The translations under genes were made by a program, and so were the position numbers. 64,000 bases of DNA from Magallana gigas (lineage: Eukaryota). The notes beneath the pieces are model-generated. The model was not told where the DNA came from, searched no databases, and saw nothing but the letters and a program-made list of their open reading frames with translations. The first letter of the stretch is position 1. Every line of letters starts with the position of its first letter. Location: positions 35,712,001-35,776,000 of the forward strand of contig NC_088858.1 in the NCBI RefSeq assembly GCF_963853765.1. The letters are read 5' to 3'. Positions 1 to 15,200 of this stretch are shown piece by piece.

Positions 1-949
1 TCTTGACAGCACATAGAATTTTTTGTAGGACACAGCTATGATTTGATTCTGGAAATTTCCTCACTTTCCACTATAAGTGTTATTTCAATGGTTTTTCTAT
101 ATGAGAATTTTGAATCTTCACACACTAGCTTGCTTCATAATTCCCCCCCCCCCTTTTTTTTTTAACAAAAATAAAAAATTGGAATTGAAGTGCTGATCAT
201 GATTACAGATTGTAATCTTCATAAATTCTGGTTTTAAGCTGTAGGTTGTCTCAAAATGAGGTCATCTGTGATGTAAGACAGTTCAACAATTAATACATAA
301 AAAAACCTGTATCAGTCATAACAGATGTGTATGTTTTACACTTTGTATCCACGCCTTCTTAGATATCGCAGATATTCATCATCATGCCTGCAATACACCC
401 ACAGACGTTAAACGAAATCTTATAACATTATAAAAACTAACTACATATATATATATAATTTGCTTTATAAAATTCTGCTTATTTTTTCATTTTGCCCAGC
501 AAGATTTGTACTTGGATGTAAGAATTAAGCTATAAAAATAGCCTACACAAACTAATTTGCATGATTTTGTAATTTGGTGGATGTTTTTGTTCCGTCGAGT
601 CTATAATTGAAGGAAATTTCCCACGTAAAAAAAAAACAACTTTATATGTGTACATGATATATTTATCTTCAATGGGCCGCTGATAGATTTGTATATACGA
701 TTATCATTAGGGATTTGTATGGTTTTTACTCTTCCCACTAATTGCATGAAGGTGATGAGACACTTATTGATTGAAAATGTTTTGTACATGCCTAAGATAA
801 TGCTTTTTGAAGTAAAGATTTTGGATTGTTCTGATTTCTATGGTAGAGCTCATGCTAAAAATGCTTCTCTTTTTTTTATACTAATTGGAAATTTGATTTT
901 GTTTGGATTTGTTTTGATTTTATTTTAACATATTCAAACACCATTTTAG

Positions 950-3026
950 GGCTCAGATACATCTAGTAAACAAGATGCCAATTTAAGAGAGAGGAGAAAC
1001 TCTTTCAACAGCTCACCTAACAACAGCTCCAACAATGCTTCGGAAAGTCAACTGAAATACGAGAATGATCGACTCAAATTAGCCTTAGCTCAAAGGTAAT
1101 AGGTTATAGAGCATTTTAATACATTTATATGTATTCTCAGACAGATAATCTTGATAAAGAAAACATCAATTCAGACAATGTATGACAATTAATTTATGTT
1201 AAAATACTACAGGTATATATAAAGATTTGAAGTAAAAAAGTTCTAAGCTCAGTTTTGCTTGCTTTTGATATTGCTTAAAAAATTAAATATTAGCTTGTCT
1301 CATTTGTATGGCTAAAGTAACGTGACTGTTTAATAGAAAAAGCAATGAAATATTTAATATTTTAGTTCAACCAATGCCAAAAAATGGGAGGTAGAATTAC
1401 AGACCCTGAAGAACAACAACTCGCGGCTTACGGCGGCGCTACAGGAAAGCACCACAAACGTGGAGGAGTGGAAGAAACAACTTGCAGCGTACAAAGAGGA
1501 GAGTGCCAAAATGAAGAAAAAGGTTGGTAGAAAGCTGTTGCAATGGAAGAAGAATCATTCATTATCATGAACTTTGGAATCAAGAATCATTCATTATCAT
1601 GAACTTTGGAATCAAGAATCATTCATTATCATGAACTTTTGGAATCATTGATATTATGGAGGGAGGGTGGTCTTGATTTTCATGTATTCTGTGCTTATCC
1701 CTCACCCACAAATAAACAGCACCAACAAATTATGAAATACAGTCTTCATCTTTTATAATTATGTGGAAGTAATTCCATGAAATTACCTTTTTCAGGGAAC
1801 CTTAGAAAAATTGTCGATCTTTGAAAATTTTGACCCCCCCCCCCCCCCCCCCCCCCCCAATGAATTAACCACTAAATGATTCCACAGGATTTTTGTTAAT
1901 ATAACATATGGTAATTTAAAAACAGATGTAATGCTTTATCAGATTACATGTTCTGCTTAGATGGCCTTCAAAATCTTGTTGAATGCAGAGGAAAATCTGT
2001 CACAATTCTTTGTTTTATTATGGTATTCCCTTGTATTAAATTCTGTGTGGTATGAAAATGAGAATTTTATTGGGTGAAATGTAAACAAGTATTGGTCTAT
2101 GAAAATTGTCATTTATACCATTTTGTCTTTCGTTTAACTGGATTATATAATCAACATATGGTAAATATTTGTAGATATCTACAATTTGACTCTAATCAAC
2201 ATTTGTTTTGTCAGATTGTGGAACTGGAGAAGCGACAGAGTGGCTCAGAACAAGTAGCAGCTCTACAGACCGAGTTACAGCAGCTGACAGAAAGACTCGA
2301 GCGAGTGCAACTCGACAACCAAGACAAACAAGATGTGAGTTCTCAAACACCTTTCTATCTAGTCATTGTCTTCAATTCAGACTAATATGCAGATTGTGTT
2401 ACTTTTTTAATGTTTTACATCATTCTTTATTATAGGAGATTAATCAGCTGAGTCTTCGAATGAGTGAGCTCTCAGCCAGAGAGACTCAAAGCTCGACTTT
2501 ACAAAGCAGATGCAAGGTAAAATCATTAATTTGTTTCACCATTATTTTTCAAACACCAAATTTCATCATTGTTGACCGATCCATGAAATGAAATGTTCAA
2601 TTTTCTAAAAAAGACCCAAGAAAACTTGCCTAAAAAACCTAATTAGTTTACAAAATTATTTTTTGTTGTTTGCAATACATGTATCACAATACCAGTTGCA
2701 CCAATGAAATGAAAATTTTATCATAGGAATTTAATGAATTTGAAAAAATAAGAAAAATAATTACTTGTACTTTACTACTGTCAGATCATAAATGCATGCT
2801 GGATCATGTACTCTCATTATTTTGTCAGAAACTGGAAGATGAGAATGATCATCTAAAGTTAAAGGTAGAAGATCTACAGAGACAATTAACGGAAAGAAAC
2901 ATGTCACATGACCAAGAAAACTCGGAGCTGCTTCGGCTGGAAGATCAGTTAGGCAGCAAAGTGACGGAACTGTACGAAATCCACGAGCAAATCATATCAC
3001 TAATTCGTAAAGAATCTCACAGCTGA
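950..3026 (+). CDS. homer: Homer scaffold protein, C-terminal coiled-coil exons (5' partial; EVH1 exons lie upstream of the window)
   Basis: Five phase-consistent GT-AG exons: 950-1095, 1366-1522, 2215-2334, 2436-2516, 2829-3026 (TGA). The translation includes [63 protein letters not shown], which I recognise as the conserved Homer coiled-coil. Confidence 0.93.
1550..1647. repeat. Three tandem copies of a 32-bp unit (AAGAATCATTCATTATCATGAACTTTGGAATC)
   Basis: Directly visible, 27 nt after the Homer donor at 1523; runs into a decayed MITE that ends ...AATGATTCCACAG near 1887. Confidence 0.9.
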
Positions 3027-5850
3027 TAGCTGATACCCTCTCTAGCTATAATCCCATGTGTATCCACACAATATCTATTTTTTCCCCCAAGAAATGGAAG
3101 AGCCGACTAGAGTTTCTAAAGGCAAAGCAGGAGGGGAGACATTTCTGAGTTAGGAAGTGATGAATAGTTGTAATGGCTCTTGCCATGCAAAGGGTCTTTT
3201 TTCCAGAGAGAAAAAAAAGATCTGTGAAATTGGTAGAAAATGATAGAAATGTATCTACTGGTTCTTTCGAAGACTTTTATTGTACATAAAGGTCATGGGA
3301 ATATCGAGATAATCCAATTAAAAGAAGTCAATTTTAAAGTCGTTTTACTTTGCATCATTGAAACTCATTTAATGTATCTTACTACAAGTCTGTGGTATTT
3401 ATTAAGATCTGCAAGATTGAATTTATATGAGTGACAGTGTATTTTTATCTCTGTTGTATGAAAAAAACATGTGTCAAGCATTATTTGCCAAGCTGATGTA
3501 TACAAAACTTGTATAATTTATTGTGGTTTTACATGTATGTGTTTTTTCCTTAGATGCTTCAATAGTTGTGTCGTATTTCGAATTGCCGCATTGTAAATTA
3601 AGGGCAGCAGTATATGAGAAGTCTCTTCTTTATTTTCTAATCTTAGTTGTGTTGTGAGCCTATCAATTTCAGGGCTTGGAATTTTTCACAGGAATTCTTG
3701 CATTTCCTCTGGTGCTTGTCAACTATGATCTGTTCACGTCCAGATATCAAGCATCGTCGCAAAAACCCTTAGCTTGTGACGATAGATATCAAGATCTGAT
3801 TGTTGTGTTCTCTTGCTTTTTTGAAATTGTCCATTTTTTGGGGGGTTGTGTTTTTTAAAAAGTTTTTTCATGTTGGTTTTTTGTTTTTTAATCTTTTCAG
3901 AGTTATATGTTGCTTTGTTTTTTTTTTTAATGTTGATCAACTTTTATGTTATATATTGAATTTTAAAACACTTAATTTTAAATCATATCATTTAATAATA
4001 GAAGTTTTTATGTAGAACAATAAGTACTTATGCAAAAGATTATATATATCTATCAAAGCCACTATGCAAGTCCATTAGTTTACTTGATTATATCTGTGCC
4101 TTTCCTTGAATATCTAGCATTTTCTTTGATTTGGGATACAAATACTACCTTATATAAACAATTATAATATAGAACTTGTACACACGCCTTATCCGTCCAA
4201 ACAACTAACATGGCTTCCTAAAGGTGAAGGGATTTAAAATACTAATGTTTTTCATATATCTAGTCCAGCTAAATGATGTCGTTAGCTTTGCTCTCTGTAT
4301 TTATTAGTTAGAGTGGTCACATTTATGGGAACCAGATACCCAAACTATCCATTTTTTTAAATCATAAAAAGAAATATTTGTCTTGAAAAGACAATCACTG
4401 GTTTTTCTGTCCATCTTGTATGTACAATCTTATTTCCTATAGCTTTTCATGATCAGTACTTTTTAATAATGTTAAAGTAAAAGTCAAGGAGTCCAAAATG
4501 TTTTGGCAGAATAAGGATCAAATATGTCACTTTTGGACTTAATAAGTATGGATACTTTGATCATGAGAAGTATAAGTATGTGTCTTTCTGTGAACTAGCT
4601 AACTTCTTGAATTTATTTTACCTTCCCCAAGCAGACACACGACAAGATTTTTGTATTTGGTTCCTTGTGAAATGTTCTATTCTCAGTTTTTAAAAGTTGT
4701 CTCACTGTTATGTGTACAATGTAATTTAATGTAGGTCACTATATGGTCTTTTTTCACAGTTTATAGCTATATTTAAAGTGTATCCTATATGACATTGTGT
4801 GCTTCTAATATACAGACACATCAGTTTTTGCATCGTTGTAAAACCCTCTTGGTAAAATTGTGAAACCAAAGAATAATATATTTTAGAATTTTATCCGTAC
4901 CAGTTGATATTAACCAAAACCAATGCTTAGATGTGGGTACTTCTTGATTAGCGTAGTATGTTGGGAGAAATTAGGGGAGTGGTCTTATAACTCAGGGAGA
5001 CTCAGTGCAGTTCAAATGTACAAATGTTTGAAGGATAAAGCCCACATAACTTGAACAAAGAAATAGTTATTTACTTTTTATTTTTGGTTATTGGTAAATT
5101 AATTTTAAAAAGTTAATAAATACATGTACATGTAAATTATTTTTCAAACTGACAGCTTTCAAGGTTGTAAGTTTCCTTTATTTGCCTTGTTCTTTATCCC
5201 GTTGTCATTATTATGAAGTTGTTTTATTTGATTAATTTGCCATCATCACTAATATATGCAATATTATACATATACATGTATAAGAAATATATATACTCAT
5301 TGATGAAAATGAATAAAAACAAAAAACTCATATTTTGTCGATTCCTTTTTTATTTCCCTCTAGGCACAAGTACAATAAATAAACAAAATATTAATAAAGT
5401 ATCACAGTCATTATTTAGGATACCACTGCTATAGAATTATGTGGAAAAAGGTTATAAGTTTCATACACTCCAAACTGAACTGAAAAATATAGATCCCTAT
5501 GCCTTCTGTTTTGGGAACACATATATGGGTGTTCCTCCATGTACATGTCCGGGCTCCATGCAGGACCATAAACTGAGAACAAACTTGGGTCATATTCTAT
5601 GTTTTGAATCCTGAATATCTTGATTTATTCCTAACAAAAATGCTTGAAATATCCCAATTTTGTATGATTCACAAATACAAAATTTACTTAATTTTAAAAA
5701 TCATTTCAAAAGTCATGCGTATTTGAAATTTTGATTAGAGTCTACTGTCAGTTTCTTGTCTTGAGGTCGGCATGTATTGAGTCGAGCCAGTGATTTGTCA
5801 ATGCTAGCTATTGCCCACTCTGCTGAACTTGCATGGAGCTTGAATGGAGC

Positions 5851-8800
5851 CTAGGACTTGGAGCCGATGTTGGAGAACCAGCTGGACAGTTCGGACATAC
5901 TGGACATGCTGCCCAGCTTGTTGTAGAAGGAGCTCTCTTTCTGCATGCTGCTGGTCTGGGGAAGGACGGCCGCCGCTGTCTCAGTCAGGGTGTGGGACCT
6001 TCCCTCAGAGGCCTGCAACAGAGGAGGGAACAGAGTACAATCATACAGCAACAGACGGGGGTCACAGTATAGTACAGTCATATTGTATGACTGCAATTTA
6101 TAAAAAAATTACACGAACCTTTTGGTATTATAATCCGAAACCTATCACCAAGGGAGGGCATGTGTGAGCGCTTGTCAAATTTGTGTTACAGTAACAGGGA
6201 AATTTGGAAATTCGGAAAGCATTCACAAGCATCTGTTCTGCTGAGAAGGCCTCTTGACATTTTATATTTTGACAGTAGCTTGTGAAATACTGGACCCGGT
6301 CTAGAACTATGTCAGGGACATAATCAAGTTATGTGGATAATAACTACCGGTACTTTTAAGTTTTTCAATTTTAAAGGTTGCTTGTATTCCCTACCTTGGC
6401 TTTATACAGTGACTTCTGTAGAGCTGGAGCCTGTATCGATGATCTGATTGGCTGAGTGCTGATGGGGAGGAGAGTGAACCGACTGGGACAGGAAGTCAGC
6501 GGAAGGACGTTGTGCTGCTCACTCTGACCCGATTGTAGAGGTCTCCCTGCACTGAACAGTCCAAGGCGATCCAACGATGTCAGAGCACCATACAATACCT
6601 AGCAATAGACCAATTTTAAAGTTATTTTCTATGAGATGTAAAAAGAATCTTGAGCAGAGTAAAAACACTACATGTACATACTTCTGTACATTCTGAGAAT
6701 TAACTCCTTTTGAATTTACTTTTAATTGCATGAAAAGCGATTAATGAGGTTACTGAGGTAGATGGCCATCCATGGTCATTTTATAGAATTTTACTACATC
6801 CAGATTAAGAAGAGTTTGACAAATTTCAAGTATACATGTACAAATGAGGAAATAAATTACCGGTAGTATTATTTAAGAATTTATGAAGTTATTTTTATTT
6901 CAAATGGGATTAATTATTTTCAACATTTTAAGAATTGTGAAGATATGCATGGCCCTTTGTTAAATTTTGGGCTCCTTAACATGAACTCTCAGACTATTGA
7001 GTGCTTACTGCTGATCTCTGTCCCTGCTTCATCAAGTGTGACTGCATGTAGGGAGAGAAGACATCCAGATCAAAGGGGTCCACCTTCTCCTCCAGACTCT
7101 CAATGATCCTGGCTGCTGCCTTCTGGTAGGATTTACCCTCCTACGAAGGATACAGAAATCACAAGTCATTTCAACAACTGTGGAATCATTAGATTTCGTG
7201 GTGGCTCAATTTTCGTGGAATTCATGGGTACCTCTCATCCTTGAATTAACATCCTCCATGAATTGATAAATAAGGGTGATAAAGTCATATTTCTTTTTGT
7301 ATGTATAAAGGATTACACGAAATTACGTCCCCACGAACCTGTAAAATTTAAGTAACCCACAAAAATTGGGTTACTTATTGGGTTATTCGCCCAAACAAAT
7401 TTTAATGATTCCACAGTATTGCAAGCATAAAAACAGGGCAGGGGCTTCTTTGAAAAACAATACTATCTTGCACAAGAACTGGGGTTAATTTTATTCTGGA
7501 TTGGCATTATTTCAACTAACTCCCGGATTGTCAGTATCCCAGTACACATGAAGTCAGTTTTACAAACAAAGTCACTGTTACATCAAGGCATGTTTAAGAA
7601 GAGAACAGGATGTAGTGACCTACTCACCACTGTGTCATCTTTTCTAGGAATGATTTGAAGGATGAATTTAACGTCAAATATGAGCTGAAGTGCCCTCTGC
7701 TGAGTCAGGGGGAGGCAATTGCTGTCTTTCTTTCTGCTGTTAGATACCACCTCCTCAAAGGATTTCATTACTTCATCAGTTACCTTGGATACAAGTTGAT
7801 GCAATGTTCCCCTGAAAGATAATTGTAACATTGCAACGTCAAAAATACTTTTAAATATGGTTAATCAAATGAACCTGGTGAATTCATAATTGCAGGGTGA
7901 AGAGCAAAATCCTGATTTTTTTCTGATAGTGTTGCTTCAGCAATATATGTTAATCTTTCTATTTACATGAATCTCTCTTTTTACTTTTGATTTACATGTA
8001 AAAAAGCTAAAAATAGAGTCATTAGTTCACCTCTGCACTGCATGACCTCCCACTCGATTGATTTCTCGACACAGACTGTACAGCAGGTTCTGGACATACC
8101 ATGAAGCCTGAAATCAACCGTCAAATATAATCACCATGCCTATAAAATTATCAAACATACAGAAGCTAGAATTGACCAGAATGTCCAAACATGACTACCT
8201 GCATTGGCACCCTGATTTTGGAGCTGATCTTTTTCCCATCTTCTGTTTCTTCCTCTATGCTGACTTCGTCCCATCTCTGTGATAAATCAACAAAATCAAA
8301 AAATTTTGCATTGACAGTGATAGAACACAAATACTAGGGGGTATATGTAAATGTATATTTCATACCCTATTTAAAAAAAATAAATTGTGCAGTAAATGTG
8401 GGAGGGTAATTTAGAACCATGCTGCGTTGTTAAAAAAAAATCACTTTGAAGTAAACGGCAGGATTCCTAACAGACACTTAGAATCATGTTGGTTTTTGCT
8501 AAAACTTGCAATGCACTTAAAATTGACAAACATATCCCCAACAGGTAATTTTAAAATCATGTTGGGTTGTTAAAAAAACTTACTGTGCAGTAGATGAGAG
8601 CATTCTTATGTTCCTTAGAGCTGAGAGCATTCCTCAACTTTGTCACCACTGATAAAGTCAAATGATCCACCCATATTCTGTAAAAAATCAAGTCTTAATC
8701 TGATTTCTCTTGCTTAATGTGCTATAAATCTACACATATATTGAAGCAACTGTCAACTTTTACGCATCAAGATTAACACACTAATAATTCTTAAACACAG

Positions 8801-9220
8801 AATAATATTGATGCTTTGAAAGAATATTATACTTTCACTTAAGTTTATGATTTTGTATACATGAACTGAAGATAAAAATATTCTTTCTAATTATTATTTT
8901 AATTCATTTAACATATATTTTCAGATACTTCTGAAAAAGTAATTAAGCTCTAAAACTTCTGTCTGTAATAAAAGACGATAATGGCTAAAATTGGGGGGGG
9001 GGGGGGGTTAAAAAAAAAAAGGAACCCCAAAGTGAACCTCTAGATACTGGTACAGTAGGTACAGCCATTACCTGTAGGCCTCTCTATGACAGTTACACAG
9101 TCTCTCCTTTGAGCTGGACCATTCTGAATTCTCACTAACTTTGCCTCCACTGCTGGATGACTGTTTCTTCAGCACCCTACCATAAAAATGAATTATATAC
9201 ATATGAACATGTACACACAC

Positions 9221-9257
<37 letters not shown>

Positions 9258-12200
9258 GTATCTACTACTCCTATTTCTAATAAACCTTAACATGTAGATA
9301 AAAAATAAAACATCACAACATACAGAGCATGATTCTCTGTGGTCATCCTCCTCTGATTTTTTAAATATTTATAATTAAAGAAATTCTACACAACAAACAA
9401 AGCCTAATTTTCTCCATCTGTACCTGCTGCTGGCACTGTCTGGTCCATGGATGGTAGATTTCCCCATAATGCATTGCTGTAGAGCTGGCACCATGTCCCC
9501 AATAGCAGAACATAGCCTCCCAATCAACAGAACTCTATACAGAAAACAAGAGCAAGCAGCTTATATCATACAGTTAAACATTTTAATCTCAGAACTTGGA
9601 GAAGGCTTTTTGTAACAGCAAACCACATAATACATGTATTGGTATAGGCATTATTTTAGTTCACAAATGGCCAGTTGATTACTAAATTCGTGGTGATCAA
9701 TTTTCAAGAGTAAGCTAGTGGTCATCAGTTTCTTTATCTTCATAACTGGTTTGGAATGATGAATACTGAGAAAAGTTGTTACTTACAAATACCAAGAATA
9801 TTTACGCAAATTAATGTTTAATACATGTACTATGTACAAGGTAATATTTGCCCGTTTTTTTTTTTTCACCACTTTCACCATTGTTGTCAGGGGGCAAATT
9901 TAAGACTGGGCAAATTTCAATGTCTCATATTTATTTATCTCTTCTTAAACACAACTGTGTCTTGGCAAATTTAAGTTGGGGCAAAAGTCATTGCAAGTGA
10001 AGAAGGGCAAAAATTACAAGGGGGCGAAAATACCCCTGTATACAGAACATGTTCTTGCTTTACAGTAACTGAAGATGCAGGCTAGTTAATGGCCGATGGC
10101 CGTTCTTACTTGTCCTGTGTCATCTGATTGATGCCAGGATCCTTGATGTCGTGCAGGGCTTTCTCCCAGAGAGTCAAATGTTCTTTGAAGTACTTTATAA
10201 GTCTGCAATGACCACAAACAGGGATACAGTTGGACATGATATTTTGAACACTGATATCTCAACTACATGGATATGTCGCAGTGATTTGTAAGTCTCAACC
10301 ACTTATTTTTTCAGTATTTAACCCACGATATCTCGATTACTCTGATATCTGGAAGTTTTGAAACAGTCCCATTTTGACGGTATACTATTGTTGACATGGT
10401 TTGTAGATGACCTAATATGGGCTTTGCTTTAGTCCAATATTGAATTCACTGACCATTTATGAATCATATTGAGTCAAAAGTGGAATTATTACAATCACGG
10501 TAGAAAAGGTATCGGACTATCCCTCACCTATGAATAAATTAACAACTACCAGTAAAATGAATTATAAAACATAGTATTTATTGATTTAAATGCCAAGTGC
10601 ACCCTCAAAATTTCATCCAATAAATCCTAAAAAAATCAATAACATGCAAATTGCCCCGAATCTATGAAATTGCATTCCATGAATCCAAAGAAAACTGACA
10701 ATACAATAAAATAAAAAATTCAAATCATTCCATGGCATAAACTGAAATCCTTTGTTCTTATGGCATTAAGAAATAAAACAATAAATGTTCCATGTTTTAT
10801 TAAACTGTAGCAACCTGAGTATAGAGCTGATGTCATGATATTCAAAGGGGAACTAACCCTTGTAGTAAAGCAAATTATGCGTATAAATATTAAAATAAAA
10901 ATTTTTTTTTGTGGTAATTGTGTGCAGAACATCATAGTCTCCATGTGACTGCTTGTTATAAACCACATGTATAAATTTTCTTACAACTTAGTGAACTTAC
11001 TAGGCAGTTCATTTTTTTTCTTATTTTATGCATTTACAGTATAAAAACATTGTGATATTAACAAAATGTACTTACTCCTCTAAACATGCTTTACAGGAAG
11101 TCTGGATGTGGACATACAGTGCATCTGAATCCGAGAGTCGGTCAAAAGCCTCCGGCTGTGAGGATTTGGATTCTTCCACAGGAGTCGACAAGGAGAGATA
11201 ACTCAGGGCATCCTGTAGCAGTCCTTGTAGTTTCTCTTCATAGGTTTTACATAGACTGGTAATAAATCATATTCATTGCAGAAGTTCAGTTTTGTTCCCA
11301 AAATTTCATCAGAAAATTAGTTGAACTGGATCAGATGATGGATGTCAAAATACAATTAGTTTGTATGTTATGATTTTGATTTTGAGTGGGGGTGGGGTGG
11401 ATGTTGTTTAAAATTTTACAAATGTACATGGACATTTTGTATATTTTATCACATAACAGTCAAGTCCAAAATTTCTAACTGATGTTACCATTACTTCTTT
11501 ATTAAAAAACAGAGTAATTCAGCATGTATTATAAATCAGTCAAACCTCTGAATGACCGGGGTATATGCTTTGGCTTTCATGATGAGTCCTCCAGGATTAT
11601 CGGAGTTTGATCTAGAAGTGGCAGTAGTCCAGGCCATGTTAACAGGAATATCTCCAGGGGATTCATGCCAAATATAACCAGCTAAATCTGTGTCAGCTAT
11701 ACCTCTACAACAACATTTACCATTCACATGAATATTTTTAAACGTGGATTTAAAAAAAAATTAAATTCACAACAAGGAAATAAAAGGTAGAAATTCATAT
11801 TCATTTCATAACTGTTTATTTAATAGGTCTGATGAAAGGAAGCCAATTTTGACATATTAAGCAAGATGATGCATGACTTGTATATTAATTAACAGTTAGT
11901 TATGCAAGTGAACTTTATTTTCAATTAAGAAAGTTCACAGTTAACACAAGTCCTGTGTATAAAAAACACATGTGTATACATACAGCATACTCAACTATCA
12001 TAATGATGTATTCATGTCATACTGTGGAATCATTTTTATTCACGGGTAGCCATAATTTTTCTGGTTCATGGGGACGTGATTTTGTTGTTTGTTTAATTGG
12101 GATAATTTTAATAAATATTAAACAATTGATAGTGTATAGGTTCATGGGGTTATAAATTTGTGGGCAAGGGTTACCCACAAAAGCCACCAATACTGGCCCC

Positions 12201-15200
12201 CCACAAACAATGATGATTCCACAGTATATTGAACACTGTAGTATTACATGTACATGTTTATACAGTTTTTGATAAAAGAACTTAATAATATTATATTTTA
12301 TAATAATATAATATTATAGAATAATTATATAACTGGAACATCATTTTTTAGCATTTATATAAACAGAAAATCATATTATCACCCTTCTTCTCCAGATCCA
12401 ATCGCCATGACAACCTTGCTTATTTGGCGCTTTGTTACTTCTGTACTAGATTCCAACTGGAACTTTATCAATGCCTGACAAAAAATTATTGATAAATTAA
12501 AATATACACAATACACAAATATTAAGATGTGGGTATAAAAAAAAAAACTTCAATGGAGAAATTCTGAACTCTTTTTGAGAAGATAATTTTTCACATTATC
12601 ATGCAAACCTCCTACATGTAACAGCCCATCTGATAAGGGCCTAATATTACCCCCCAAAAAGGAGCATCATAACTTTACTGTATGTAAAAGTGAAGTTTTT
12701 TCATATTTTTTATTTTCATCTCAATGCCCTCCATTCTGATATATATGATATAAAGTCAGCCTCTCCTGGCATTTTTGCAATTTTGTCATAAAATGGCTAT
12801 ATTAAGCCAGGCTTAATTTAAGGCAAATTTTCTTACAGGAAACAGAAACTGCAGACGTAAACAAACAAAATCTTTTCACCGATGATTTCTTGATCCAAGA
12901 CCACCAGTAATTATCAGTTAAGATTTTGCTGGTTCAAAGTTGTACTTTATATTTCCCATTCAAAAAGAAAAAAAAATGCACATTTTTGACTGATTTTGAT
13001 TGAATTCTAAATGTAGTGTCACTTTTGACATCTGATACTTCCAGTTAGTAATACCGGTATTTAATGGGATAAATAGATGAAAAATATTTCTAATAGCAAC
13101 TCTTCTAAGAAGTAAGAAAATAATACAATATACCTGACACAATTTTTGAACCATGGGACCAAATTTGACGCTAATCATGTATAGCCATTTGGTTTTTGAG
13201 TTAAGGAGCATATGAGACCAACAGTATTTACAAACATTGACGATTTGTGGGAGAACTTTTTGTAACTTCCCATCAGATAACTATACAATAAGAAAAAAAA
13301 AAGAATGATGGGGCTTTCAAAAGTGGCTGATATGAGACTGGAAAAGAGTCTAGAATAAAATATTTCACTAAAATTCTAATTTCCTACCTTGACTCGGCTA
13401 ATGAAGAGGGGCTGTAGAAATCCGTGCCAAATGGAGAGCGGCTGGTTTAGAATTCTCTGACAGACCACATCCCATCCTTGCATACAGCTATCCTGTAAAC
13501 ACATTGTTACTGTAAACACTGATATTTTTAAGTACCGGTAATAATTTAAATTTTAAATTTTTTTTTTAAAACAGTGTTTACATGGGAACAATATTTGTGA
13601 AATGAAAGACTTAATCAAAATGAATCATATACAATGTCATGTAATAGTTGTGGTTCCTTGTAGCAACTTTTATTTGTTTTGCAACTCTTGACTTATTGTA
13701 AAATTAACAAAGATTTCCTTTACATGAAAATATTTAGCATGAAGATCGACAGACATTGTTGAAATTAATAAAAGAATTTACCAGGCCTACAAGGTTAACA
13801 TCTTTTTAAATTCTCAGTTTCTATTCTTTATAGAAGTATCATATACCTCATGATCATTCACCAGAAAACTCAATCCATTGTCTTGAATGGACACTAATAA
13901 GTGGAAACTTAAACAGTCTCAGCTGTAGTCCTACTCAAAGTTGAGACTCACTTGTTTGAGGTACAGCCAAACTTGGTCTCTGATGTCTGCTAAACGCTTT
14001 ACAGTGTTTACAAAACTCAGAAGCTTCCCCACTCCACTGGTCACATTGTTCATGCATCTGGAGAAAAATAAAACACCCCATTTATAAATTCTAACATGCT
14101 TTCATCAATACATGCAGGAGAGCATCAGTCTTGGTTACACCGGTATAAATCAGGGGTCTATGTATCAAACATTTTGGGGTTGTCTGATCACTGTTTTGAA
14201 GAATATTAGTACAGTTATAATCTTACAGATTTTTTTTCACATACAGTGCTTTAAACTATAACTTCCGAACACAAATCAGATATTGTACATGTACCGTTAC
14301 TGGGTATATAATGCTGTAAACTCATTTTATTACGGAGATTGTAGTGACTAGTAGTCCTGTAAACTCCCTTTAATTATTACAGTGAATAGAGCTATCAGTA
14401 TATACAACCCTGTAAATTCACTCTATTGCAGAGAATGCAGCTATTAGTATGGCAATACAGTCCTGTTTGACTGAGAATAAAGGTACCATTATATTGTACA
14501 GCCCTGTAAACTCTCTTTATGACAAAGATTGCAACTTCTGGTTTATACAGCCCTGTTAACTCACTTTATAACAGGGAATGAAGGTACCATTTTATACGGC
14601 CCTGTAAACTCACGTGTTAATCCACTGCTGACAGTTGTCTTGGAGATGCTGTACAGACACAGGGACAGCGTGAGACCGCAGGGTAGGAACAAACTCTAAA
14701 ATGTCAGAAACAGTAAAGTTTCAGAGCATTTTAAGGAGAAAAATTACAGAAACGAAATAGTATCTCTCTCCCCCCCCCCCCCCCCCCCCCCACCAAACCA
14801 ACACACACACCTTGACGGTCTTCACGAAAACTCTGAGGTTCAAAGACGGAGACAAGTGAATTTTGAGGTCAAACCAGTAAAATCAAAATTGAGAAGTCCA
14901 ATACACTTGTAGATACATGTATTTTGAAAGTCACAAAACTAAAGCATATCTTGTACTGGTATTTATTTATACATAAACAGCATTGACCAAAAATCTGAAA
15001 AATACAGTACTGTGCCATCTCAAAATTGGCCCCTTAGACTCATTGAAACTGTGACACAATTACCAGTACCTGTTTTTATCAGTTTTCTTGTACAACACTG
15101 ACTGTTAATGCTACTGGGCTGAAGGTTAACCACCTGCAGAGACCGAGATACATGATCGACCAATCAAGTGTTTGCAGAACAGTTATCATTTGACGATCAT

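Noticed and set aside
13847-13951. Apparent extension of COG1 exon 14 to a GTATAT donor at 13846
   Set aside because: It contains an in-frame TAG. The GTGAGT donor at 13951 gives the correct phase and homology.
15070-15133. 64-nt minus-strand segment with good acceptor (TCTGCAG) and donor (GTACTG) between COG1 exons 12 and 13
   Set aside because: In the phase required it reads GT GGT TAA (stop). Skipping it gives KSLPKSVLEFVPTLR, which matches the COG1 pattern.
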